A stretch of 64,000 bases of DNA from Bugula neritina (GCA_964035545.1 OZ037767.1:4294707-4358706), one strand, 5' to 3'. Counted from the stretch's first letter, positions 38,971 through 53,096 are shown. A program made the numbers and translations. The notes: generated by a model from the letters alone, not told the origin.

Positions 38971-39180
38971 ATGGAGTGTCAACAGTATAACAGAACTGGA
39001 GGAACAGTAGATACCATCAGAGTACTCAGTTTATCTAACTAATCAACTCTTTCCACAACCATGCTATGAGATTTATTTTTCTAAGCGTGATTTTGTAAAT
39101 GTTAAGCGGTCTGTGATAATCATTCTTAGTATATTGACAAACATTCATCTGCTAAAACAAGACTCCAGGCTCGGCCGAGG

Positions 39181-39343
39181 TAGGTGCAGTAACGGAGAAA
39201 TCGAAAAAATCTTGTGTTTTAGATTTGAAAATTTAGCAAAAGGAATTACGTTCTTACAAAAATTTCAACCCACGCCTCAAACCGAAATTTAATAATAAAA
39301 TTAAAGAACTTAGGCTATCTCAATTTCTCCACTACTGCACCTA
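39181..39343. mobile_element. Small MITE (about 160 bp)
   Basis: Imperfect TIRs TAGGTGCAGTAACGGAGAAAT and ATTTCTCCACTACTGCACCTA, possibly with a TA TSD. A similar terminus (taggtgcagtagtagagaa) occurs at about 25310. Confidence 0.65.
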
Positions 39344-39677
39344 AATGAATATTCCACCAGCATTCAACACATCTCCTGTAACTTACAAACTTTTCTATCA
39401 TTTTATTTATAATCTTTTTTAATAAGTTGTGCTAATGCGTTTATTTGTTATATATATATATTATATTATTGTAGTTTATTTAGTTTGGTTTCTATTTATA
39501 ATGATTATGAAATATGAAAGACAAATTCAAATATCTATTTTCAAAATATATGTAATACAATATAGTAAGACATGGTGTTTGGTAAATATAGTCAAAGACA
39601 ATAGTAGGCAGTTGAAGCCCCTGTTCTTCCACCCTATTGTATGCCATAACTGAGGCGTAGCAAAGACACTCCTTGTG

Positions 39678-42600
39678 TTAATAACTGGTCTGCGGACTTT
39701 TCTTGGCAACAATTGGTAGATGGAGGCCCGTCAAATAAGGGTTCAATTCATTCTTGACTTCAGATTCGGAGCTCTGGCAAAAAGAAACCAATCCCTTTTA
39801 ATGACAATCAAATATCACAATCATATTAGAAATAGGCGCCAATGTCTGTCACACTAATTAATTATTACATTCCAGGGTAGGAAAACATTCACATCAGCTT
39901 TGATTTTTTGTCAAATAAACAACACATCTTAATACCTATGAACAATTTTTGCAGAAGCCTGCAAAAAATGCTCTAGTCAAGTATTAGCAAATGTTTTTAA
40001 AAAGCTGAAGCCAGTGAGAATAATTAATATAAAATTATTTAGAAAAAGGAAGTGATAAACATGCATGTGTATAGACACTGCACACACACACATTTACTCT
40101 GTTCATGAAAATCATTGCTGCATCCGAATAGGAATCGAGCGAGACTGAGGTTTTAATGACGTCATTTCTTTGCCAAAACCTTGAGCCCAAGGCTAAGCTG
40201 AATTAGAATATTTATTAAAATTTAATCCCTTCCACCCGTACCATTGCTTATATAACTGACAAAAGTCTGAAAGCAAAGTAAAATGCTCTAATTTCATTTT
40301 TCATTTTCAAATGCCATAATGATGGATTAATTTTAAATAGGCGTTTGTTAAAAGAATGTAGATTTGATTTATAATTTGCAATGTTATGAATGTCATGAAA
40401 TTTTGCTTTGAATATACCAGTATAATAATATCAGACTATATTGTGATGTTATAGCATAGAATAACAATCTATGATATTATATCATGTGATAATATTATAA
40501 TACCCTATATGGTAATATTATATTATTAAAATTATAGCAGTCTATATCATGACATTGCAACATAATATGATAATTATATATTACAATATTATAACATTAT
40601 ATCATGATATACTATAAAATTATAATGCACTATATTATATGCAATAGTATAGCATAATATTATAACATGGTGTATCATAATATTATGTTATAATATTATA
40701 GTATATGATATTGTAATACATTATACTATAATACTATAGCATAATGTTATATACGACTAAAGCAGTTATCAAGTTAACATAAATTAATTAGAACATTCTT
40801 CGCACACCTGCGGTGTGGCCAAGCTTCTATAAATCGCCTTTCAGTGCAGTATTTGGATAAGATAGGGTTTCATAATGAATAAATTTACAGTCCAATAACT
40901 GAAATGTAAGTTTCACAGACTCACGCAATACCAGTCAAATGTTACCAACCATTTCTGCTCAATTTAAAAGTTCTCTCAGCAAATCTATTTTCATTTTGCA
41001 TAGATTTATAGGTTTATGGAATATACTTAAAACTAGCCTTTGACACTTTGGTTTGTCATCAATTTAATTAAGTTAGTGCTTGTGTTAGTTAAGTAGCCTA
41101 CTAGCTGCTCACAGGCTGCATAAACAGTAGAGATTTATTTAATCATAGCCTCACTTCTTAAAATGGTAATAGAAGCAGAAAAAGAGACCTTATGGGAAAA
41201 TCCCAAAGGCAAAACCAGAGACCTCCGTAAGCGAAGTGACGTCATGAAATAAGGAAAAAGGCGTAACATTTGCACCAGCTTTAGATAGCTGGTGGCAGTT
41301 ACTTAGTCCTAAAGTATTAGTAGACCAGCTCATCCCACCACCAAAGTAGCGAATTCCAGCTGTATGCTAGTTAAAGAAATAATTAAAAATAATTGGCCAC
41401 AATTAGCTTCTTGCTTAGTAATATATATGCGCTAAGCGTATTGCACATTAGAAACAACTATATGCGAATATCTTAGTTGAAAACAAGTAAAAAAAATTGT
41501 TACATAAGCAAAAAATAATTACCATCATTATATTAGCTCAAGAGTGCTTGGTTATTTGTCATGCAGGAGGGACAAGGTCTGTTAAGCCCCTCTCTTTGGT
41601 TAGATCTCAACCGCTCATTAAAATGGTTTATAATTCAACACTTTAAAAAATCATTTACCAATCACTATATAATTATTTATATACCAGATTAGTTTTAGTA
41701 TAAACTCAGTAAAAGATACTTTAATTTTCAGATTTAAATAATTTATATGCTGTCATAATCAAGTAAAGCATACCTCATGCATGTGGGCAAGTTATAGACT
41801 GAAAAACTAATAAATTAGGCTAGCTGTCACAAAGTTTATATAAGTTTTAAATATGTGGTAGACTTAGAATTAATTTCTACAGTATGGCCATTTAAGGGTC
41901 AACATACGGCGGGCCATGCCTCTTATGAATATCACATCCATGTTATCATGGCTGAGAATGTCGCTTAACCATTTGTATTCTGGAGATAAGAATTACTAGA
42001 GAACTAACTTAACACACTCAGCACACACAGCACACACAGCACACACAACACACACAGCACACACACGCTACACACACTACACGCTACACACGCTACACAC
42101 GCTACACACACTACACACATGTGGAAAAGTGTATGCATGTGTATGAATATATATGTATTTATATGCTTATATGTGTTTACAATATAAATAGATATCTATA
42201 TATGGACTAAAAGCAAAAAGCGGTAACCGTATGAAAGATATAACCCCAAACAGAGTTTACCCTTTTCATTATAATATGCTGAGAGCCTTTCTTTGCAGTC
42301 AGTGCAGTTCTCTTTTCTCCAGCAGATGCAGAGTATGGGTTATTCTAAAATATTAAACAGCAGCTGAAATACTTATCAATATGTCTTGTCAGCAACTACG
42401 AAAGGTTTGCTCAACATAACAGAAAATACCGCATGTGTTTAATCTCTGTGAAAATGTTACTATAAGATAACACCAAGGAAATAGTGTAGTTGTGAGCTGC
42501 AAGTTTGACAGTACTAAAGGAGCAGCTGTAGTCTATGGGCTAGAGTTTGGCCTAGCAAACATGGAGTCATGGGTTGGAACCCCAGTAAAGGCCATTGGTG

Positions 42601-45600
42601 ATGTTAGTCATAATTGCTCCTGTGCCACATATGGTTAACAAACAGGGGTCTCTCATAGGGAGAGTGACTACAAACTTGAGTGAGTGAGTAAATTTAATAC
42701 TAAAATCATTCTCATGGAGTAATGGTATCGGCTTTGATTTCTTTTTGAAGTTGAAATAATTTGCTAAAAGTTATAACTATTTCCAGAAGATTTAGAAGGA
42801 TGAACAAAAATGGAGACTACATGGCAGAAATGTTTGTCTCACCTCCACATCTCTAGACTCAAACTGCTTGTCTAGAATAGAGTCTAGCATGTGGTCCAAG
42901 TTCTGAGAAATGTCCCCATTCTACAAATACACAATAGGATGTTTGCATATCTTAATACTATGTATACTATGTATAGTATGTATACTATGAATACTATGAA
43001 TACTATGAATACTATGAATGTTTGCACAGAAATGGTTTTAAACCATCTTTTAGCATATCCTGTTTAGAGTATGGCCCTAGCCAACTTCAGCATTGGCAAC
43101 ATTAAGTTAGTAGTAGCGATTGAACAACGATCTTAAGATGAGACGAAACAGGACCTAGAAACTTCTCCGACAACCTAGCATATGGCAGACCGCAAATTAT
43201 ATGCTGGAACGCGGGATTAAACAACATATCTTGGCTTGTGAGATTTTATCAAGGCACGCTATGCAAAAGTCAACATAGAAAATAATTTTCTCACGACAAT
43301 TTGGCCGAAAACATTGGACATGTAAACTAACTTCTACCCTTCAAGTATACACACATACGCTTCACTTTGCTAAAAATCAACCAATATTGTGCTCATGAGA
43401 TGAATTTTCAACTAAGTTAATTTAGTTTTTTGAGCTCTAAAAAATTTGTTATTATGAAAAATGACAAATACAAATTGGTGGTAGAGTTAAAAATCGAAAT
43501 ACACCTTTATACTTGGAACAATAGTATGGCGTTAAATTCATAATTAAAAGATTGCATGTTTAGAAAATGTCCTCAAAACTGGAAAATGGAACTCTTTGTT
43601 GTTTACCATTACTTTAATCTTGAAATCCTACACAAATGCTATGAAGATATTAGGCAGTTTTTATCAAAGCAATTATTTTATTTGACCACCCAATATTACA
43701 CCAAAACACTCATTAATCACTACAGCCAATAATTTGCATTTACATTTAATGCGATTTTAATTTAGCTGCACAGAGTGACACTAATTCGTATTTTTGCATC
43801 AAAATAATTTTGTTATGCTTTTGATTTTCTAATCTTGTGAAGACAGAGACACTAGAAGGAAGAAAGTGTATATCATCATAATATTGCAACCTTTCAAACC
43901 TACCAAAGAAAGGATTTAACAGAAAGCTGCTATTGCCCAGAATTCTCCCTAAATGTAGCTAATGCAGTCCGTGTTAACAACCACATACAACCTTGCGGGC
44001 TTCTTGCACTAAGTCACTTGTAAGAAGAATGTTATTTAAGTTCTATTTTTGACAACCAGAAATTATATTGTTGACACTCGAGAACCTGTTGCAAACTAAA
44101 AGCCACCATGCAAAAACAGCTGCTACAATACTAAGACGCAAGGAAACAACAGAAGGTTTGTAAGGTTAATATCAGTAGAAATGTAAACCATCTTCAATTG
44201 GCAGTATTGTTATATAAAAACTGTGCATTTGCCCGTATTATAGGCAAAGTCATATAAGCTGCTAATAAATACATTAGAAAAATGAATCACTGAAATTATA
44301 GCAACTGGATGGTAATCGTGGTAAATAGATATAAGCTAATCAACATGATATCCAGCATTAGTATGGAGATACATGATTATAGATAGAGATGAGATTATTC
44401 TTAGCTTATACTGCATCTGTTCCTTATAATGCTGACACAAACCGGCACGTAACTGCAGGTGTTATGACATCACTCCATTTCAAAAGCTTGTGTTTATGTT
44501 CACATGACTGCCAAGCAACAAGTGGATATAAGAGGAGTTATATAATACCATGTAGCCGCTAGATAAATATATAGCAAAATATTAGAAACTTAATTGTATT
44601 TCTTTAATTTGACGCATTATAAGTATAATTTAGTTTAGTAATTCCACGACTATCTTTCTAGTCATCCCTTATTATCAAATAAAGAAAATGAAATACTTTA
44701 CTTAAAATGTGGCAAAAGTATCTGTACAGATCAAGTTTATTGTGTTTACGTTTTTCTTTAACAATCTATCATCGATGTAAGCAGGGTACGCATTACGATT
44801 TTCTGTTCGTATCTAGAGAGAAGAGATTTACATAGTTGAAGGCGTAGCTAGACATAGTTGCACCAGTTCTATCTTTCTAATCGCTTTGATCCCTAACGCT
44901 TATTGAGCTTTTAAACCCAGCTGTCATATAATCATAACAACTAGAAAGGAGGACAAAATTTAATTGCTGCATAAAATAAAATAACTGGCGTACCATTTAT
45001 GTGAATCCCTGTGGGAACTTTAACATTAAGTAGATTTTCTGAGCTGTGGGCAGCTTATGTTAAGACAACTGCGGTCAAACGCTTTTTTTAACAATAATAT
45101 GCAGCGTGGCTTTTAAAATTCAAACTAAGAGGTGAGCAAACTGGTATTTATATTCTGGCCATTAGGCCATAGTTAGCCTTAAATATAATAAATTAGATTT
45201 ATATTTTTAGTAATTATAATTTATAATTCGCCAGGAAAGTTTTGACCTAACGCTTTTAATGCTTTAATTCCTTTAAATGGTGCATAACGTTAATGAGTAG
45301 GCAACCTTGTACGTTAGCACCTGAAGAATGGGCATTAGGCTGTCTGGCTTTTTGTACTAATGAGTCATGCGTGGATATTTATAATTTATTGTTGGTAACA
45401 AGAGCCTCGTATATTATTGCCCCTGGTAACAAAGTATTTGCAACTTGTTTTTAGAAAATAAACCAACCTCGGCTTCTGTACAACTCTCAGCATCCATGTG
45501 GTCTCGGTCACATTCGCAGTATCCAGCCAGCATCTGTCTTTGAATGTAATTCTTGTTGAATGAAGCCGTGTCAGGGATGTTTTCATCACAACCATCAGCA

Positions 45601-48600
45601 GCTAGCAAGTAATATAACTAGATGTAGCTTGGTAACTTGAATTATGAAATATTTACAATATTTTAGACTTATATCTACACAAGAGATGGCTGATTGTGTG
45701 CTTTTGCAATGGAACAGACAACTTCTGATAACGATGCTATTATTATATCAAAAAAGTAATAGGATTCAACATTTTTCTTCTACATATAGCAGAAATGAAT
45801 ATTTTTAAATATAAACAGACAGCTTAGCCTAAAACTGTTAGTGTGTCAGTTTAAATACAAATATTATATATTCTTAATATGAAACTTTTATGCTGCAATG
45901 TTATAAAAAACAAGCAGTTTTCAATTCAGTACTACGCTATAATTGATGCTGTAATTTTATTATTTCAAATCAGATTTCCATCTCAGTTACACATGCTTTT
46001 GCCTCCAAGAAAGGCATTTTTGTAGAGCTTTGAATAAGAAAAGAAAATTATTTAAAAGTATACACGCGTCATATATGATGCACATTTTATCTAATGGTTT
46101 CCTTTGTGTGCAGTACGTAAGGAAATATCAATATGGCTTAATCAAAATTTTGGCTTTCTTTCAAACAATATATTAAATACCAAACACTACACTCATACTA
46201 AACTTTAAAGTAAAATATTTTACTGGCACTGTAACACATAATGAGCATGTGTCTGTTGACGCCATATGTTTTTTATTTTTGCATCAACAATATATGGCAT
46301 AAATAAGTTTAATGTTTGGTTAAAAATTAGGCCTGACCACTGAGCTTGCTGTATGCTCATATTTTAATGATTAATTGGTATCATTTAAGTCACAGACTAC
46401 TGGAAAGTTCCTACGGCCTGACGTCTCTGCCATTTTAACTGTCTAAACTTGATGACCAATCACGACTATTAGCAAAGAAATGTTGCATAACATTCAAAAG
46501 ATGCTATTTCACAATATTTTGTAGGCATATCATTGGCTTACCTCTATTAATCTATAACGTTATGTTTATTTAATACTAGACTATGACTAAGATACATAAT
46601 ACTTTTTATAGAAGCTTGTTTAACAGAATCACATGGTTAAAGTAATCTATAAATCTATAATCTCATTAGATCGTTTTAAATTTTTTATTTCTCGTTCTGG
46701 TCTCTGATGTCATCCATGATAGAAATATCCTTAGCTATCTTACAGTAATCTGTTTCCTTATTGCTCCAAGCACAAATTGTTATCGAAATGCAAAAGTCTA
46801 CATAGGTTTTTTTAGCAAATTGATTACAGCAAAGTACTACTGGTTGCTATATTATATCGCAAACATCAATTAATTCCTCTTTCTATTGAGTCACCAGTAT
46901 TTGCGTTTCACCATCTCTCACATCTGTAGCACATTATAATACCTGTTTTGCCAAAAGGACAGGGGTTTGGTGGTCTACAATATGACGGTAGAGTTGCGTC
47001 GGTTTTGACTTCCTGTTGATTTGTGACGGTGCCTTCTGGTTTGAGGTGTTGCCCTCCCTCCCCGGCACCACCTGCAGGTAAGAAATGGTAACGTTGCTCT
47101 AAGTTGAACTACCGCGTAATTTGGTTATTCCACAGTATTGTTATAGTGGCAACCAACTATAAGTAGAATGATGTAAACAAAAAGCAGTGAGATGTCTCAG
47201 GGCAAATAACTCTATGATAGTAAATATTCAGTATTAGAGCACTTTGTCAACGATTTAGATTTGAATACAGAGAAGGCTACAATAGCTTCTACACTTGCAT
47301 ACACTTCTACACTTGTAGTACACACTTCTACATTTGTATACACTTCTACACTTGCATATTCTCTTAAACTTGTACACAATTTCATTGCAATACCTGACAT
47401 GTACTGGAATCCTGATGGTACTACGGGGTTTTCTATCTCTGGGCGTCGTTGTTTGATCCAGTTGTTGAGTTGTGGCATCTTGGATCCCTGATAAGCCGAT
47501 AGGTTTTCTCTTGCCTTCAAGAAGTATGGAACTTCAGTGGTTGAAGTAAAGTCCTTTGGCACCCCATTGTAGTATAGTTGAAGAAGCCGCCTTTAAGAAT
47601 ACACTAGGTGGTATAGTACATGGTATATTATGTGGTGCAAGTACATGGTACACTAAATGGTGCATTAGATGGTACACTAAATGGTACACTATATATGTTA
47701 AGCTAAGATAGTATGTATAACATGGCAAACATCTTCATATTTCATGTCAGTTCATATATAAAAGCTGCATAATTTGCACATTTATTTTTCTTTCCTGTGA
47801 AATACAAATATTTTCCTCCTTTATCAATTATTAAATGCACCACTGCATTATATAAACAATAAAAGTCACATAGCTATAAAAAACCAAAACTAAATTATGG
47901 AGTCATTAATTTGCAATAATCCTGATACGAATTAATTGATAACAAGTATTGATACTTTGCTGGCCATAATTTACATAATCTGTAACTTGATGTATAAATA
48001 ACAAAACACTTGTTGAGGTTTCTCCTCGGCCACAAAAAGCACGTGGTTGTCAGTAAAGTCACCAACGGCTCTCACCATAGCCTTAAACCTGCAGGGTGTT
48101 TATACAATTAGCTCTGCATAACCATAGTTACTTGCTACTTCCTAAAATAAGCAACCAGCCATGTTTGACAAAAGTTACATTCCATACCCATAGATCAAAA
48201 ATGGTATGCAGTTAACAATCGTATCGAAAAAAGAAAAGAAGAACTCTTTTCTAAACTACTAAAAAAAGAAAAGAAAACTATTTTCAAAATAAAAGTTAAG
48301 TAATCAAAGTATCTGTTGGAATAAACCAATCATAGTCTATGCCTAAGCGTGTAAACAAACTCTTAGAAACATGATGTTAGGCGTGCACTGAATTACTTAA
48401 GGAAATATGTTATGTATGTAGTAAGTAATACAGCGTGCATTTGCAAAACTTGGCGTCTGGGTTGCACACAGCTCATTGGCTAATCATGATTAGCTGAAAA
48501 TACGATTAGCTTGCTTCACTAAAATACCGAGAATTCAAATTTACTACAAGTCATGACATCTGATTTCAAAATGACACCAGTGTTTATTGGTTGAAGCTCT

Positions 48601-48969
48601 GTGTTTTCGGACATTGACACCTCAATGACTTTATGTCACAAAAACATAAAATTATTGATAGATCAATAAATTTAGATTTAGTTTTGTAGCTTTAGCTTAT
48701 CATTAAAGAAATTGTGGGACAAACTAATAGAAAGAACAAAGTTTGAATTTGTTCTAGAAAATATTTTTCTCTAATTGCAGTATCAAAAACTGCAAGTGTT
48801 CTTTCACAGCAAAAAGATCTGACATATTATCAATTCTAGCACGTCATAAACAGATGTAATACCTGTAGTCGTTGTCTTGAAGTAATGAGCCCCAATTGTC
48901 ATCAGTATATGCATAGTGAACACCATGAAGCATGACGACACTAATCAGCAGGTAGCTTAGTGTAACCAT
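39678..48969 (-). CDS. SCG5: Neuroendocrine protein 7B2 (secretogranin V; PC2 chaperone/inhibitor)
   Basis: Phase-compatible GT-AG exons: 48969-48863 (signal peptide MVTLSYLLISVVMLHGVHYAYT), 47590-47394, 47071-46943 (GGAGEGGQHLKPEG...KTDATLPSYCRPPNPCPFGKT, the 7B2 PPNPCP hallmark), 45601-45468 (GCDENIPDTASFNKNY...CECDRDHM), a possible small exon 45356-45321, 42344-42261 (NNPYSASAGEKRTALTAKKG...KR) and 39773-39678 (ELNPYLTGLHLPIVAKKSPQTSY*, CT peptide). Confidence 0.93.
42011..42119 (+). repeat. CA-rich compound microsatellite (ACACACAGC / ACACGCT)
   Basis: Visible tandem units in a 7B2 intron. Confidence 0.85.
42519..42689 (+). mobile_element. tRNA-derived SINE, internally deleted, in a 7B2 intron
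   Basis: Aligns with the other copies: ggagcagctgtagtcta...ggccattggtgatgttag...taattgctcctgtgcc...gtgactacaaacttgagtgagtgag. Confidence 0.75.
42956..43019 (+). repeat. 9-bp tandem repeat (TACTATGAA/TACTATGTA)n
   Basis: About 7 visible units. Confidence 0.85.
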
Positions 48970-49311
48970 GGTAACAGAGCTCTACAACAAACTAGTAGCT
49001 TTGTACAGCTGGGCATCTAGACAACTAAATGTGGAAAGATTAGAATAGGCAAAAGTCTCCGAAATTATACATTTAGTCTTCAGTCGTTTGCCCACCATAT
49101 ACTTCAACAGTCCTGAGTAGATTTTAATTTTAAACAAAAAACATTGTACATCGTTGGTCAGGCTTTGTGATCACAAATAATCTCAATCAGAAAGATCTAT
49201 TATAGTAAACATATTGCGTCACATGTGAATTCAAAAGTTTATATCAAACACAGTTTATCTGACGCATATAAATGTTATAGGATTTATTTTGGTATTAGCA
49301 TCTTCTGTTCA

Positions 49312-49520
49312 ACTTACCGTGCACGTTCCACAGGTTAAACAAAACAAGAGGTTAGCTGAATACAGAAACTAACAAGAAATATGTTTGGAAATAGAGTTAG
49401 AGAACTATGAAAGTTATTGTACTAATGTTTAGATGTAGTGTGTATCTAGAAACAGTGTGACACAAATCAATAACTCATTATATATTACTGCAGTTTACTA
49501 TATTATCTACGTCACGTCAG
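49312..49520 (-). promoter_or_regulatory. Probable 7B2 non-coding first exon and CRE-like promoter element
   Basis: Donor CACG|GTAAGT at about 49317 pairs with acceptor ttgttgtag just upstream of the ATG. Overlapping CRE-like TGACGTGACGTA on the minus strand at 49508-49519. Confidence 0.45.
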
Positions 49521-49733
49521 TGAGCATAACACACGGGCCCTTTGGACTTAGAAATCAATATTAACAGCTCATAGCAAGCTTCCTGTGCCAACCAGCTTGT
49601 AACGATCATATATATATTTTTTTTTTCTTTTTTTCTGCTACCCAATCAGGACATGGCGGTGAAAGGTGAGAAAAAGTATACATATTCATTACCATTATAT
49701 TATTATTATTATTATAAGTAGCAATCATGTTTG

Positions 49734-49929
49734 TAGGTTAGAGCGTTTGCCTAGTAAGCACGACGTCATAAGTTCGGACCCCAGTAAAGGCCATTAGTGA
49801 TGTTAGGAAGAGCATCCAGTCGTAATTGCTCCTATGCCTCATCTGAATAAGTCTTTAGCCCTATTTAACAAAAACCCTTTCCACCAGGAGTTTTCTTACA
49901 GGGATGGCCATTATAAACTTGTGTGAGTA
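49734..49929 (+). mobile_element. tRNA-derived SINE, slightly 5'-truncated
   Basis: Same family. 15-bp TSD TAGCAATCAT(G/A)TTTG at 49719-49733 and 49930-49944. Confidence 0.85.
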
Positions 49930-51289
49930 TAGCAATCATATTTGCCTACGGTAGCATATTGCTTATAAACATGAAATAAATTTTAATAATGGACAATTAA
50001 ATAGAAAGCATTGTAATGTGTGCTTTTAGCTTTTGCTTTAATACATTTGACAAAACTTAATGTTACCAATCTTTCACTGTTGACAGTTTCTAGTTATGAT
50101 TGAAATATTAGTTGTTAAACTGACTTTTTAATGATATGTTGCAACCAAGCAGTGATAAATTTCATAAATGGAGATTTTTGTTAGTCTATAAATTCATTCA
50201 GGGCAATAAAACCTTCCCTTGGGTTTGCATGTATTTCCGACTCTACAGAATTCATATATATAATCTTTCAAAGTGTGCTGTCAGAATATCCTCTTTTTAT
50301 GTGGTCAGCAAAAAATAGCATGTGCAACTTTTCAATATCACTATAATCATTTTGAAATTAGTTAGCACACAGCTAATAAGTTGCAGAAATTTATTAATAG
50401 GTTTGTTATTATAAGTTGTAAAATAGAAGTTTCTCATGATTTTGAGAAAAGTAATGCAATGAAATGCCGAGCCAGGCATCGTTGGTAGGATATCAACAAT
50501 CCTATAATAATTTATTTTACTTAACAGCTAAAATCCAGCAAAATACTAAAAATAAAAGCATGTGAACTTGTCTTGTAAGAAGTTTATAGAAGCTAAGAAG
50601 GATGGAAAGCTTTAAAGAAAAAGGTGGGAAAAGCTGCTTGCAAGTATTAACAACCTTGAAGATTTGTTGGGAAAAATTTGATACTGATGACAAAGCAATA
50701 TTCATGGTTAAATGTTGCAATTGGCATTTTCAGGACAGTATATTGAATTAAAAAAAAATACTATTTTATATGATAAGGCAAAATATAGGGTAAAGTGTCT
50801 AGAGTTTTTGCAAAATCGTCTTTATGTGTACTGAAGATTTAACACATACAGACTGTGACAGGCTGAATGAATCATACACACACTAGTATATCAACATAGC
50901 AATAATTTGTCTTTAATGGACTAGACAAAAATTTTGCTGAATTGCTTTTTGTCAACAAAATTTTATTATTTATCAATACTATAATGCTGCACATATCTTG
51001 ACCTTCCGAAAATTCATGGGTGATTAGCACAAACATGCAAATCTTTTACCAATCAACTATGATGCAAGAAAGTGCAAGAGGTTATTTGTATTATAACATA
51101 ATACTTTATTGCAACGCATTAAGCACTCTTATGTCATGTGGATGGGCAAAAAATAAAATTAATCTTTCAGATTTGTTAACGGTGGAACAGCAGTGCTTGT
51201 TAAATTGTGATTTTAGTGACTTGATTACATCTAGATCAATTGCATAGGAGTAATTCATTTACAGCTGAGTTACAAGCTACATTATATGT

Positions 51290-51424
51290 GTATAATATAT
51301 AACATATAATATATAATATATAATATATAATGTATAATGTATAATGTATAATGTATAATATATAATATATAATATATTATATATAATATATAATATATAA
51401 TATATAATATATAATATGTATATA
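51290..51424 (+). repeat. (TATAATA/TATAATG)n AT microsatellite
   Basis: 7-bp tandem units. Confidence 0.85.
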
Positions 51425-52581
51425 CCAGATGTATTAATAACAAAGATGTGATTGTAAATTATAGCTATTATATGGAAACAAATTCATTTCAACACAAATA
51501 ATTTTTTAAATCAGTAAAATTAAATCGAAAATAAAGAAGGTACATAATTTTATAGTTACTACATTAGATTGCTACTGCATACCCACGAAGCAATAGAACA
51601 GCTAAATATTGTTTGTAGAACATTGGCTAACCAAATGAATCTTTTGGTCTCCTGTTTTTCATTAACAAATAAAATGAGTGTTATTAAAGCAGAAAAAGAG
51701 ATCTACAATTTATTTAATTGGTTCTTGTAGAAATAATGAACTATTCTTCTGGGAAAAGATTTCAGTAAGTATTTAAAATTAATTAAATTTGGATGATGTT
51801 AGTATAGGGTTGTTAATGTTCGTAGGTTATGACGCAGCAAAATAAACACTGGGCTGACAACTCTGCAACAGTACTTCAGTTATTTTAATGTTAGCAAAAT
51901 AGAGTAGTTGGAGTAGCCATATCTACACTGAAGTTGCAGATAGGTGATATCTAACAATACTTGACCCAACACATTTATAATTTAGTTGAAATTTTCACAT
52001 AATTGCTAAAATTAGTATATATTTTTAAAAATTGCACTCATATTTGCCAGTTACCCAGACACTTTAAACTCAATACAGTAAGATTTCTCACCGAAGAGCT
52101 TGCATAAATTTAGTTAATTAAGATATAGTAGGATTGTCTTAGGATTAACGCTTAATATGCTGTTGCAATGATGTGCGAGTAATGGGTGCAAACTTAAGTA
52201 TATATAGTAGACACTATAAGATGTATAAAATAATTAGACATGATTCAGCTAACTATATGTTGCATGCATTTAGAAACTATAGGTAATGTATCCTTCCTCT
52301 AATCCTTTTTATTAGCACACGCCGACAAGTTTGGCTAGACATAACATCTGAAGCCATTATATTACATAGCCCTTCTTAATCAACACAGAGCATAGCCTAG
52401 GGAAATGTTATCTGAATTGATGATGCATAGAAACATGGTGTCTGTGGCCACGAATAAACTTCTGTTGTACCCTCTCTAACTTCTTACTGTAAACTCTATC
52501 CATTAGTCCAAACAGATAGTACATGCAAGAAGCAGCAAGAAACGATTAATAATTTCTAACAGCATTTGTGCAACTTTTATC

Positions 52582-52601
52582 GGGGGGGGGGGGGGGGGGG
52601 G
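52582..52601 (+). repeat. G20 homopolymer
   Basis: 20 consecutive G in an AT-rich context. Confidence 0.9.
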
Positions 52602-53096
52602 TCTTAGAGGTCAAAATATGGGAACTGCAGAATTGGGGACAGGAAATTACCACCCATAGAAACTATTATGACCAGATTACAGATATATTAAGTATTATAT
52701 TTGATATATGAGCTACGTTCATATGAGATAATGAAAATTGGTAGACAAAAAAGTTTTAATAATTAAGAAAAACAGCATATCATTTTCATTTGGATAAAAT
52801 GAAAATTTGCATAAGAGTTAAAAATTGTCAGTTCACAAAGAATTTCTTGACATGGACTTAGGTACTTCAACATAAAATAAAGCCAGCAATGCTGAACAAT
52901 ATACAGAGCATCTGGCTGACCGCCATTATACTTACTTTAACCATACAAAAATAAGTAACAAGTAATTCCACTAAATAAATAGCTAACAGTAAAAGTTGCT
53001 GACATTAGCCAGTGTGAAGATGGCAGCTTTCCAGCATCCATCTGTGGAATATTAGGTGCACGGTGTAAAAATAGAGTCAGCATTTCCTGCTGCCAA

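Noticed and set aside
40162-40197. Possible 7B2 terminal exon LSLGLKVLAKK*
   Set aside because: It is phase-compatible and ends in VLAKK, but a far better canonical exon (NPYL...IVAKKS) exists at 39773-39678. Probably chance; alternative use cannot be excluded without RNA data.
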